From: Acidobacteriota bacterium
GTDB lineage: Bacteria; Acidobacteriota; UBA890; WLXD01
Length of the DNA: 64,000 nucleotides
Assembly: GCA_963666055.2 (NCBI GenBank)
Contig: CAXWPH010000002.1
Span: forward strand, 160,001 to 224,000
Reading direction: 5' to 3'
Positions 19,699-28,169 of the stretch are shown in pieces. How positions within the stretch are numbered: the first letter of the stretch is position 1; every line of letters starts with the position of its first letter. Below the pieces are notes generated by a model. It was not told where the DNA came from. It was given only the letters and a program-made list of their open reading frames with translations, and did not search any database. Both the position numbers and the translations under genes were made by a program.

Positions 19699-20636
19699 AC
19701 CGCGAAGGCACAACCGGCGGGCCCCTCGCGTACCTCGCCGTGGCCAGCGGCGCGACCCTGTTTTCTGGGCTCATCGTCGCCAGCCGGGCGTTGTCACAGC
19801 GCGGCTTTTCGCTCTACGAGATCTCGCTGAGCGGGATTCTCTTCAGCGGCCTGATTTTCGGTGTCGTGCTTGCTCTACGACCGGATCTGCGTCCCCGACG
19901 CCGCGATTGGGTTCTGTTCTTCGCTTACGGTCTGGTCGGTGCGGTGCTGCAGTTGAGCCAGTTCGCGGGCGTCGTGCTGGGTGTTCCGATCGCGCTCATC
20001 GGTTTGTTGCTCTATACGCAACCGATCTGGACGCTCTTGTTTGGTCGCATCCTGTTGGCCGAAGCTGTGACGCGCCGCAAAGTGGGTGCGCTGTGCCTGG
20101 CGACGGCCGGTACGCTGGTGCTGTTTCAGCCCGGCACCTCAAGCCTCGACCATTCCTGGGTTGGTATGCTGACGGCGTTGATCGCCGGCGTGATGCTATC
20201 GCTGTGGCTGATCTTGGGGCGCATGAGTGGGCTGCGCGGCAACGCGCCGATTACCACCGCGTTTGCCTACATGGCGTCATCGTCACTGATTCTGCTTCTG
20301 GTCTGGCCGCTGCTGCGCTTGACCGTCGGACCTGTCGAGTGGCTGAGGCTTTCGCCGGCCCCGTTCCTGGTGCACTGGCGCTTGGTGGCCCTGTACACTC
20401 TGTTCGCTAATCTGGTACCGGCAATACTGGTGAACTGGGGCGTGCGCCGCATCGACACGATGGCAGCGGGGATGCTGCTGTTGTTGGAGCCGGTGGTGGC
20501 GGCGTGGGCAGCATATCTGGCGTTCGGCGAAGCGTTCGGCAAGTCCGTTTGGCTCGGCGGCGCCTTGATATTGGTCGGGAACTTCGTGCTGCTGGGTGCG
20601 CCTAAGGGGGTTGCGCGTGAGTCAAGCGCAGGATGA
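19683..20636 (+). CDS. EamA/DMT family transporter
   Basis: About 10 TM helices in two repeats; LLYTQPIW, LLEPVVA. Confidence 0.85.
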   Translation: MVQRLNREGTTGGPLAYLAVASGATLFSGLIVASRALSQRGFSLYEISLSGILFSGLIFGVVLALRPDLRPRRRDWVLFFAYGLVGAVLQLSQFAGVVLGVPIALIGLLLYTQPIWTLLFGRILLAEAVTRRKVGALCLATAGTLVLFQPGTSSLDHSWVGMLTALIAGVMLSLWLILGRMSGLRGNAPITTAFAYMASSSLILLLVWPLLRLTVGPVEWLRLSPAPFLVHWRLVALYTLFANLVPAILVNWGVRRIDTMAAGMLLLLEPVVAAWAAYLAFGEAFGKSVWLGGALILVGNFVLLGAPKGVARESSAG

Positions 20637-20964
20637 TCGCCGAACGCATGATCGGCAGTCGCTGGCGCTGCCGATTGTTCTCGACGTCGAGATACATGGC
20701 TACGATGACGCGAAAAAGCCCTTTCGCGCTATTGGCGAGACCGTCAACGTGGGCCGCGGCGGGCTGATGGCGCAACTCGATCGGGCCGTGTCGCCGGGGG
20801 TGCGCTGCTTGACACATTTTCCGCGCGGGACTGGCAAGATCGGCCGCACGATGATCTACGGCACGGTGAGTCGGTCGGAGCTCAGCGGCTCGGGTCACGA
20901 GGTCGCCGTCGTGTTCGATACGGCGCTGCGGCGGGTGGAGATGCCAGCAACGCCGAAGCCCTGA
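20617..20964 (+). CDS. Stand-alone PilZ-domain protein
   Basis: RxxxR (RRTHDR) and N-x-G-x-G-G (NVGRGG), a variant of the D/NxSxxG c-di-GMP motif; beta-barrel-like C-terminus (VAVVF). Confidence 0.75.
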   Translation: MSQAQDDRRTHDRQSLALPIVLDVEIHGYDDAKKPFRAIGETVNVGRGGLMAQLDRAVSPGVRCLTHFPRGTGKIGRTMIYGTVSRSELSGSGHEVAVVFDTALRRVEMPATPKP

Positions 20965-21017
20965 TCGCTCCGGCCGACCAAGGTGGTTGCTGGTCGCGAC
21001 GCAGGTTCTCGGTGGCG

Positions 21018-21914
21018 TTAGTTTGTCACCGGGGACTGCGTGAAGGCTCCGTTCCATAGCACCAAGTCGCACTCGTACGGGTCGCCGTTCCATCCGGCCG
21101 GCGCGGCCGGCCCCGATGCGCCGTCGGATCCCAGCGACGTCAGCGTGTAGGACTCGACCGTGTGCTCGTAGCTCCAGGCGAAGCCCCAGCGGTCGATCGG
21201 AGGCACTGCGCCTAGGTATTTCGGCGTCAGGTCGGCGAAGCTGTCGGCATAGTCGCCTTGGTCGACTGCGTACGTGCCGTTGGCGACGGCGATGGTGCGC
21301 ATGTCGGCCAGCGTACCCCGCTGGCGGGCACGATCGTAGGCGGTAATGAACTGCGCTACGCCGATCATCGATAGGACCATCACGACCGCCAGGATGACAA
21401 GCAACTCGATGAGCGAGAATCCGTCCGTACCGGTTGCTTTTCGTGGTGCTTCCCGTGAGGCGCTTCCGTGGCGGGCCTTCAGAGTCTCCGAAAGCTTGTT
21501 CAGGCGGTCGGCGACCTCCACGAACTCGTCCTTGGCGCGCAGCTGCGAATGCGCGTCGTAGTCACCTTCGGCGAGCCTGCGGATGTGTCGGCTGATGGGC
21601 ACCAGCGGTCCGACAAATCGGTGCAAAACGATCACCGTAAGCACCAGGGCGACGATGCCGAGGATCGGTAGTATCCAGACCGCGCGCAAGAGCTCAGTGC
21701 GGATGGCGACGTCGATCACCGGCGCGAGCGCTGCCGCACTGGTGCCCGCTTCGGTGAGGATACGTTCAAGGACACGGCGAACAGCCAGATAGGAGACTAG
21801 CTGCGCGAGTCCGGCGCCGATCGAGGCGAGGAAGAAGAACACCAGCGCGTAACGGAACTGCAGGCGCGGTCGGAGCAGGTAGTTGCGCAGTCGTCGTCTG
21901 CTGTTTCTGGCCAT
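21018..21914 (-). CDS. Fusion: 2TM + HAMP domain joined to a type IV pilin/GspG-like pseudopilin
   Basis: HRFVGPL...LAEGDY...LRAKDEFVEVADRLNKL (HAMP), then DG|FSLIELLVILAVV prepilin motif with E5, then DRWG..SY...YTLTSLGSDG (GspG-like C-terminus). Confidence 0.85.
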   Translation of the reverse strand: MARNSRRRLRNYLLRPRLQFRYALVFFFLASIGAGLAQLVSYLAVRRVLERILTEAGTSAAALAPVIDVAIRTELLRAVWILPILGIVALVLTVIVLHRFVGPLVPISRHIRRLAEGDYDAHSQLRAKDEFVEVADRLNKLSETLKARHGSASREAPRKATGTDGFSLIELLVILAVVMVLSMIGVAQFITAYDRARQRGTLADMRTIAVANGTYAVDQGDYADSFADLTPKYLGAVPPIDRWGFAWSYEHTVESYTLTSLGSDGASGPAAPAGWNGDPYECDLVLWNGAFTQSPVTN

Positions 21915-22104
21915 CGGACCCTCGTAGGTATCAGTTCCGACCAGTATTGACCCTTTGATGGCCCAATCAGAAGACGAAAATCGCCCCAGGCTGTTTTTGT
22001 CCATTCCTGGTCGTCAGACGTGCACCGTGATCGGGCGCGTCCGTTCCGGGGCGGGTGCACCGGCGCCGGGCTCTCTGCTCGTCGACGTCCTTGGCGGCGC
22101 TACG

Positions 22105-22995
22105 TCACTCCTGAGCCGGACGCTTTACGACGCGTTCGAGTGGCTGCAGGGTCGCTTGTGGTCGAAACGCTTCCCGTGCCGCCAAGTCGTAGCGATCTCC
22201 AGGGGCGAGGAAGTAGAAGTCGCCGCCGCTGTCGATGCGGCGCTGCGCATCGTAGATTGCCACGTAGCTACGACCGATCACCTCGAACCGGTCGCCGCGC
22301 ACGACGATGGCAGTGTCCTCGTCGATGCCGATACCGAGCAGGTCAGGGTGTGCTGCGACGATTTCGAGTAGGTCGAACTGGCGGTTGCGTTGCAGCAGAT
22401 GCTGATCGATTGCAACTCCCGTGACGAACGCGAAGCCCTCCTCATGATCGCCCATCATGACGGTGTTTCCGTTTGTATCGCCGCGCGCCAGGTACTCACC
22501 CTGGATCGTCGCTCCGGCCGACGAGCCGCCGATCACGCCGCCCCGACCAAGCAACGCGCGTAGCTCGGCCTCGACCCGTGTTCCCAGGTACGCATCGGCG
22601 AGCCGCCATTGCCGGCCACCGGTGAACCAAACGCCCCGTGCCTTTCGGATGGGTGCCGCGAAACCATCGCGGTTGGCGACGTCGGGGTCATAGGTGTGCA
22701 GCAGGGTCAGCCGAGACGCCCCGGCGTCGCGAAAGGCGGCCATGCCACCCCAGCCGGGGTCATAGTCGGGGGCGCCCCCGGCGGTGGGGATCACCACGAT
22801 CGGGGCGTCGTTGCCGCCCGCCAGCTGCATGAAACGCTCCAGGATCTGGGGATCGTGCATGCCGCCGCCGACGATAACCAGTGCGCCGCGCTCGGGGCCC
22901 CGTTGGGCGGCCGCCGGCGTCGCCAGCGACCCCAAAGCACCCGACATGGCGGCAATGAGCGCAACGGTACGTATCTGGTTTGTGGCTCGCAACAT
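22105..22995 (-). CDS. Cyanophycinase / peptidase S51, secreted
   Basis: LVIVGGG, IPTA, FTGGRQ, GSSAGA nucleophile, IDQH...RNR, GIGIDE; signal peptide. Confidence 0.88.
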   Translation of the reverse strand: MLRATNQIRTVALIAAMSGALGSLATPAAAQRGPERGALVIVGGGMHDPQILERFMQLAGGNDAPIVVIPTAGGAPDYDPGWGGMAAFRDAGASRLTLLHTYDPDVANRDGFAAPIRKARGVWFTGGRQWRLADAYLGTRVEAELRALLGRGGVIGGSSAGATIQGEYLARGDTNGNTVMMGDHEEGFAFVTGVAIDQHLLQRNRQFDLLEIVAAHPDLLGIGIDEDTAIVVRGDRFEVIGRSYVAIYDAQRRIDSGGDFYFLAPGDRYDLAAREAFRPQATLQPLERVVKRPAQE

Positions 22996-23116
22996 GGGCT
23001 GCTCCTTGCTCGATGACAGGGGTGAGCCCACAATGCTAACGCGCCGTCGCGGTGGCGGTCAGATGGTGATTCGCGTCGGCGCCCGGCTCACGATGTCGTG
23101 CTTCGAGAGCCGTGTG

Positions 23117-24775
23117 CTAGGTGTGTACAGCGGCTACGGGGCCGGATCGCGTACGGCCGGCGAAGAAGCCCACCACTCCCGGCACCAGCGCCAGCCCGAT
23201 GATGGCCAGCCCACTTACCAGGTAGGTGGAGTTACCGCTGGTGACCAACGGAAGCCCGAGCGCCACCGCGTCGATCACATAGTGGGCCACTATGCATGTC
23301 ACCAGGCCGTAGTGCAGGAAGGCGATCCCGAAGAGGACGCCCGCGATGGTCAGCTCGATGCCGCGGATGTACACCGGAAACACCGGGTAATTCGAATGGC
23401 CGAACGCCCAGATCGCAGCAGGGACGATCAACGCCACCGTCGTCGACCCCGACAGCTTCTTGAAAAGTGAGATCCCGAACAGGCGGTAGATGGTCTCCTC
23501 GGAGATCGCAGCAACGAGAGAGATGGTGAGCGGCGTGAGAAACGGGAACAGGTTATTAAAGATCTCCGAGTAGGGGCCCTCGGCGGGTAGCCAAGCGCCC
23601 ATGTAGCGTTGCGCAAACCAGTAGAAGCCGGTGAGGAAGCCGAGCAGCGTGGCCGCCAACGCGTAGCCGCGCAGCGCCGCGGCGCCGAACTGGCGGTTGA
23701 ATATCTTGCCGCGCACGGCGTCGGCGAACCCATGGATGCTGGCGGGGAAGTGGTCGCGCGCCATCGATTCGCCGGCGGCCGTCGGGAACATGACGAACAC
23801 GGTGTAGAACACGGCTCCGAGGGTCAGCGCGAGCACCGACACTCCGATGAATACCGGCCACCCGACCTGGGTCTGATACGAGAACAGCACGTTGGGCCAG
23901 CTCGTCGCGGTATATACGGCGAACATGGTTCCCACGATCACGCCGCAGGTGATCGCCACACGCCATTCGATGTTGCCGGTGCGGTAGCGGGCGATCGCGA
24001 TACCCATACCGGCGAGTGCTAACAGCACCGTCAACACGATGCTACCCACTGCGAGCAGGCTTCCGACGCTAAGCTCGCCCTGGAGCTCGCGCGAGAACTC
24101 CTCGGGTACCCGCATCGAGCGCACGTACCCGCCCACCTCGTCGCCCAGCACGCGCACCGACACTCGCGCGTAGCCGGTGCCAGCTTGCGCGTCGTCCGGG
24201 CGCCAAGCGATGTCGGTTCCGCGGACCTTCCATACGAACAGATGGTCTGTCCGATTGTCTTTCCGGTCGGCCGACGCCGAAACCGCTTCCAGTTGCGACA
24301 GGTCCCAACCCCTGCCGCGAACGAAGGCCTCGGCTCTGGCCCGCGCCGCAGGTTCATCGAGGTCGGCTCCGTCCGCGGCTTCCTCGACAACGTGTCGGAA
24401 GGCCACGACTTCACCATCGACGCCTACCTCGGCCAACCACTCCTCGGCGTCGAGTGGCCTGAACCAGCGAATGTCCCATCGCCAGACCGGCACCTCTTCG
24501 CGTGCCCAGCGCCCCGCTTCCTCGTCGCCGACGTTACGCTGCAGAAAGATCAGGGCCTCGCTGTCGCCGGAAAAGATCGCCGCCCGCCGGAAATCGCCCA
24601 GCTCGGCCCCCAGCCCCTCGATGAACTCAGTGGCGTTCGCGACGGCTTCTTCGCGGGTGACGTCCATCTCCACCAGGGCCAGCGGGACCGCCGACTGATA
24701 GAGCAGTACGACAACCGCCAGACCGACCGCGCCGAGGGCGGTCAGCACGAGATCGGAGCGGCTGAGCTTCAGCAT
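23117..24775 (-). CDS. CPBP (Abi/CAAX-type) intramembrane glutamic protease with large N-terminal extracytoplasmic domain
   Basis: EETIYR, WAFGH and HYVID motifs in the C-terminal TM region. Confidence 0.85.
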   Translation of the reverse strand: MLKLSRSDLVLTALGAVGLAVVVLLYQSAVPLALVEMDVTREEAVANATEFIEGLGAELGDFRRAAIFSGDSEALIFLQRNVGDEEAGRWAREEVPVWRWDIRWFRPLDAEEWLAEVGVDGEVVAFRHVVEEAADGADLDEPAARARAEAFVRGRGWDLSQLEAVSASADRKDNRTDHLFVWKVRGTDIAWRPDDAQAGTGYARVSVRVLGDEVGGYVRSMRVPEEFSRELQGELSVGSLLAVGSIVLTVLLALAGMGIAIARYRTGNIEWRVAITCGVIVGTMFAVYTATSWPNVLFSYQTQVGWPVFIGVSVLALTLGAVFYTVFVMFPTAAGESMARDHFPASIHGFADAVRGKIFNRQFGAAALRGYALAATLLGFLTGFYWFAQRYMGAWLPAEGPYSEIFNNLFPFLTPLTISLVAAISEETIYRLFGISLFKKLSGSTTVALIVPAAIWAFGHSNYPVFPVYIRGIELTIAGVLFGIAFLHYGLVTCIVAHYVIDAVALGLPLVTSGNSTYLVSGLAIIGLALVPGVVGFFAGRTRSGPVAAVHT

Positions 24776-24869
24776 TACGTACTCCGGCGGGAAAACGAGA
24801 ACGCTCGCCACGGGGTTTGACTACCGACAGAGAATAGCCTGGTCGCCCTTCGGGCCGAAGCCCTTACCA

Positions 24870-24947
24870 GAGTTCCTCAGCACCCTGCTAGTGGCGTGTG
24901 CGGGCGCCGCAGACCCCGCCTCCGCGGCCGCCACCACGGCCTGCTAG
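24870..24947 (-). repeat. 18-bp repeat copy 2 (24930-24947) plus related CTAGCAGGGTGCTGAGGAACTC (24870-24891)
   Basis: Read directly; resembles IS5/IS1182-type CTAG target plus CAGG.TG.TGA terminal sequence. Confidence 0.5.
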
Positions 24948-25798
24948 GTGCCACCGGGGGCGCGGGTCATCTGGAACGCCGGCGCTATCAAGGCCGCCAC
25001 CAGGTAGACGGCCGCGATCACCGCTACGGTCACCAGCAGGTTGCGTCGGTCGATGGGCTCGCTGCTCTCCCATCGGAACAGACGGCTATTGGCCCAGATG
25101 CCGACGCCCATGGTGGCGAAAAGCACGGCGATGGGGCCTGCCAGCTCGGCTAGTCCATACCCTCTGATCATTACTCCGTGGAGCGACTCGACGAGGTAGC
25201 TCGAGGGGATAAGCCGCGATGCTGTTTTCGCCCACTCGGGAAGCATGAAGGCTGGTAATGCGGCACCCGACCCGAAAATCAGGGGAAAGAACAGCAGGTT
25301 GGTGATGGCGGGAGCGCTGCGCATGTCCTGCGCCACGCTGCCTATGAATAGCCCTAGCGGCACGAAGGCCGCGGCGCCGATCAATAGCACCAACACGGTG
25401 AGCAGCAGCGAGCCGTCGACCTGATAGCGGAACACCAGCCAGCCCACGGCCGCCTGCGTGGTGATCGCCAACGACATGGTGACGATGGCCCGAATGCCGT
25501 TCGCTAGCACGATCGTCGTAGGCGTTATCGGCGTGGCGCGATAGCGCCGTAGGATGCCGGACTCGCGTTCCTTCACCATCAAATACGAGACGCCGAAAAA
25601 CGCTCCCGACATGATAGTGATGGTGAACAGACCCGGCATCATCAGCACCTTGTTTTCGACGCTGCGAAAGAAGATGAAGCCGAAGAGGAAGAGCCAAGTG
25701 AGCGGGAACAGGAGGGTCCAGAACAGCGAAGTCGGTGAACGGAAGGCCTGCAGCAGCCCGGCGTGCGTAAGCGGGCCCAATCCGCGCAGGTAGCTCAC
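24944..25798 (-). CDS. ABC-2 type exporter permease
   Basis: FWTLLFP, ERESGILRRYRATP, FGSG.....LP.W, FRWE. Confidence 0.9.
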   Translation of the reverse strand: MSYLRGLGPLTHAGLLQAFRSPTSLFWTLLFPLTWLFLFGFIFFRSVENKVLMMPGLFTITIMSGAFFGVSYLMVKERESGILRRYRATPITPTTIVLANGIRAIVTMSLAITTQAAVGWLVFRYQVDGSLLLTVLVLLIGAAAFVPLGLFIGSVAQDMRSAPAITNLLFFPLIFGSGAALPAFMLPEWAKTASRLIPSSYLVESLHGVMIRGYGLAELAGPIAVLFATMGVGIWANSRLFRWESSEPIDRRNLLVTVAVIAAVYLVAALIAPAFQMTRAPGGT

Positions 25799-26730
25799 GG
25801 CGAACTCTCCTCGCCGCTCTCTTCTTCGTCGAGGTCGTCTCCCATGAGCTCCAGATAGACGTCCTCCAGCGTTGGACGCTTGAGCCGGAGGTCGATTAAT
25901 CGCAGGTGCTGCGATCGCAGCATGTCGCCGAGGGCCAGAATCGTGGCGGTGGGATCACTGGTCGAGAACTTGTGATGAACGCCCTGTTGACCCAGTGCCT
26001 CCACGCCCACCGCCACCATCGGTGCAGGGTCCATGGTGCCGTCTACCTGGATCCAGATAGTGGAGGACTCCTTGGACTGGCCGACCAGATCAAAGGGCGT
26101 GCCGTCGGCTACGATCTCGCCTCGTCGCAGCATGATGACGCGATCGCACAGGTGCTCGGCCTCCTCGATGTAATGTGTGGTCAGCAAGGTGGTGCGCCCC
26201 TGGTCGCGCAGCTCCCGAACGATCTGGTGCAGGTCTCGGCGCGCCTTCGGATCGAGACCTGTCGTGGGCTCGTCGAGCATCACCAGCTCGGGGTCATGAA
26301 TGAGCGCGATGCCGATCACCAGCCGTTGCTTTTCGCCGCCCGACAGGGTGTCGGCCTTCCGGCCGGCCAGCCCCTCGAGGTCGACTCGCTCGAGGATGGC
26401 GTCCGCAGATTGCGCCGACTCGTAGAACGACGCGAACAGCTGGAGCAGCTCGCGCACCGTGAGCTCCGTAGGCAGCGGCGTAGTTTGCAGCTGCACCCCA
26501 AGTCGCTCCTTCAGCTTGCGGCTTTGTGTCGCGGGATCCAGTCCGAGCACCGAGACGGTGCCCGATGTCGGCTGCCGGAGCCCCTCGAAGATCTCCACGA
26601 GCGTCGTTTTGCCGGCGCCATTGGGGCCCAGGATCCCCACCACCCCGCCGCTGTCGATGTCGAGATCGATGCCACGGAGCGCGACTGTCGAGCCGTATTC
26701 TTTTCGCAGCCCCGCTGCCTGGATCACCAT
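25795..26730 (-). CDS. ABC exporter ATP-binding protein
   Basis: GPNGAGKTT, LSGGEKQR, LDEPTTGLD, TTH, PTLEDVYL. Confidence 0.95.
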   Translation of the reverse strand: MVIQAAGLRKEYGSTVALRGIDLDIDSGGVVGILGPNGAGKTTLVEIFEGLRQPTSGTVSVLGLDPATQSRKLKERLGVQLQTTPLPTELTVRELLQLFASFYESAQSADAILERVDLEGLAGRKADTLSGGEKQRLVIGIALIHDPELVMLDEPTTGLDPKARRDLHQIVRELRDQGRTTLLTTHYIEEAEHLCDRVIMLRRGEIVADGTPFDLVGQSKESSTIWIQVDGTMDPAPMVAVGVEALGQQGVHHKFSTSDPTATILALGDMLRSQHLRLIDLRLKRPTLEDVYLELMGDDLDEEESGEESSP

Positions 26731-26737
26731 GCGCGAG

Positions 26738-28006
26738 TCAGCGTGTCGCCGCGCTCGGTGTTGACCGTGGCGCCGCCAACGCCGGGAAGCCGGCGGCTCT
26801 GAGTGCCAGATAAATACCGCCGATTCCGAGAATGATCGCCACCATCCGGATCAAGAAACCGACGTAAGGGATCGCCGCCACGAGGAAGAGCAGCAGCAAG
26901 CCCACGGCGAGCGAAAGGTACTCTGATGAGCTCCGTCGGCCCAGACGGCGCAGCAACCAGTCGCCGATGAACTGCGCCGTCACCAGTCGCGCGATGAACG
27001 CGCCGAGCCCGAATAGCAGTAGCCCGACCACACCCAAGGGCAGGGTGACGATCAAGGCGATAGCGACAAGACACGCTACCGGGAACACCACCGCCACCAC
27101 GAATCCGAAACCGAGCCCTGGCGCCGGGTTGTTGCGTAAGCTCGCCGCCGGCGCACGCGCCGCGGGGCCGCCCAATAGCAGAAATACTGCGCCGACGATC
27201 AGGTTGCTCAGATACGCCCAGACCTTCCAGGCGATGCCCCAGAAGCTGAAGCGCGCCGTTTCGTTGGCCTCTTCGTCATTGGAGTCCACCTCGCGGTTCC
27301 AGCTCAGCGCGCCGCCGATCTGTGCCGTGTCGGCGATCTCGGCCTCCTCGTTCGACTCGTAGGTGACGTCGCCGTGGACGACGGCGGATTCCGCCAGCGC
27401 CAGCTTGCCGACCTCCATGTCGATGGCGTACACGGTTCCGCCGATGTTGGCGTGCCCGGCACTGCCGAGGATTGCTCCGTCCACCGTTCCGTCCATGTTG
27501 ATCGAGCCACAGAAACACATCACGTTGCCGTGGATGATCGCGCCCTCGAGGATCGTGGCGCCGGCAGTGCCCACGTACAGGTCGCCGTCGATCTCGCCCG
27601 ACACCGTGATGCCTGCTACCCAGGCGAAGACGTCGCCCTCGACGTGTCCGGCGACGGTGGCAGTTTGCGCGAAGAAGAAGGCATTGTGCCCGACGTCTCC
27701 GGCCAAGGTGACACTCTGGCCCCACAGAAAGATGTCGCCGCCGACGTCGCCGACGCGCTCGCTCAGCACGCTCATGAACCGCGGTCGTTCCGGGGGCTCG
27801 ACGGCTGCTGTCGCAGGCGCTTGCTCTACGGAGGTTGCAGCCGGCGGCTCCGTGGGGTCCTGTGCCGGCACCGGAGCGGTTGTCGCGGCGGCAACCTCCT
27901 CGACCCCGGCCGCCATCGGTGCCGCCAACAGGAAAATGCCGCCGCACACGAGGCACGTGCTGGTCGTAACAGCGGTGATAATCGTTAGCTGAGTGGCAAC
28001 TCTCAT
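26738..28006 (-). CDS. Bactofilin-like (polymer-forming) beta-helix protein with C-terminal 4-TM region
   Basis: Repeated V.GD/I.GN strands (GDVGGDIF, GHVEGDV, GEIDGDL, IHGNV, VHGDV) after a signal and Pro/Ala linker, followed by TM helices. Confidence 0.75.
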   Translation of the reverse strand: MRVATQLTIITAVTTSTCLVCGGIFLLAAPMAAGVEEVAAATTAPVPAQDPTEPPAATSVEQAPATAAVEPPERPRFMSVLSERVGDVGGDIFLWGQSVTLAGDVGHNAFFFAQTATVAGHVEGDVFAWVAGITVSGEIDGDLYVGTAGATILEGAIIHGNVMCFCGSINMDGTVDGAILGSAGHANIGGTVYAIDMEVGKLALAESAVVHGDVTYESNEEAEIADTAQIGGALSWNREVDSNDEEANETARFSFWGIAWKVWAYLSNLIVGAVFLLLGGPAARAPAASLRNNPAPGLGFGFVVAVVFPVACLVAIALIVTLPLGVVGLLLFGLGAFIARLVTAQFIGDWLLRRLGRRSSSEYLSLAVGLLLLFLVAAIPYVGFLIRMVAIILGIGGIYLALRAAGFPALAAPRSTPSAATR

Positions 28007-28080
28007 GCGTGGTTTCCGCGGCTCTGCGGGCAACGCAGCAGGACAGTCTCCAGTATCGCAGCCTCGCAGGGGCACGCCCA

Positions 28081-28154
28081 CGGAATGAAGCGGAATGGCC
28101 GGGTGGTCGTGCCACTGGTCGATAGCATCGTCCGAGTGGCCGCCCCGGTGGCCG
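28081..28154 (-). promoter_or_regulatory. Putative LytTR operator direct repeats
   Basis: Five CG(G/A)CCA-core repeats at 28147-54, 28135-42, 28114-21, 28102-09 and 28094-101, just downstream of the LytTR gene and upstream of its likely target operon. Confidence 0.45.
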
Positions 28155-28169
28155 ATGCTGCGGTTATGG

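Noticed and set aside
21915-22104. Possible c-di-GMP riboswitch or sigma-28 promoter upstream of the HAMP-pilin gene
   Set aside because: No GEMM GCAAA/GAAA-receptor core, and the spacing does not fit sigma-28.
23117-24775. CPBP 'Abi' protein as an anti-phage abortive infection system
   Set aside because: The family name is historical; the motifs indicate an intramembrane protease and there is no defence-island context.
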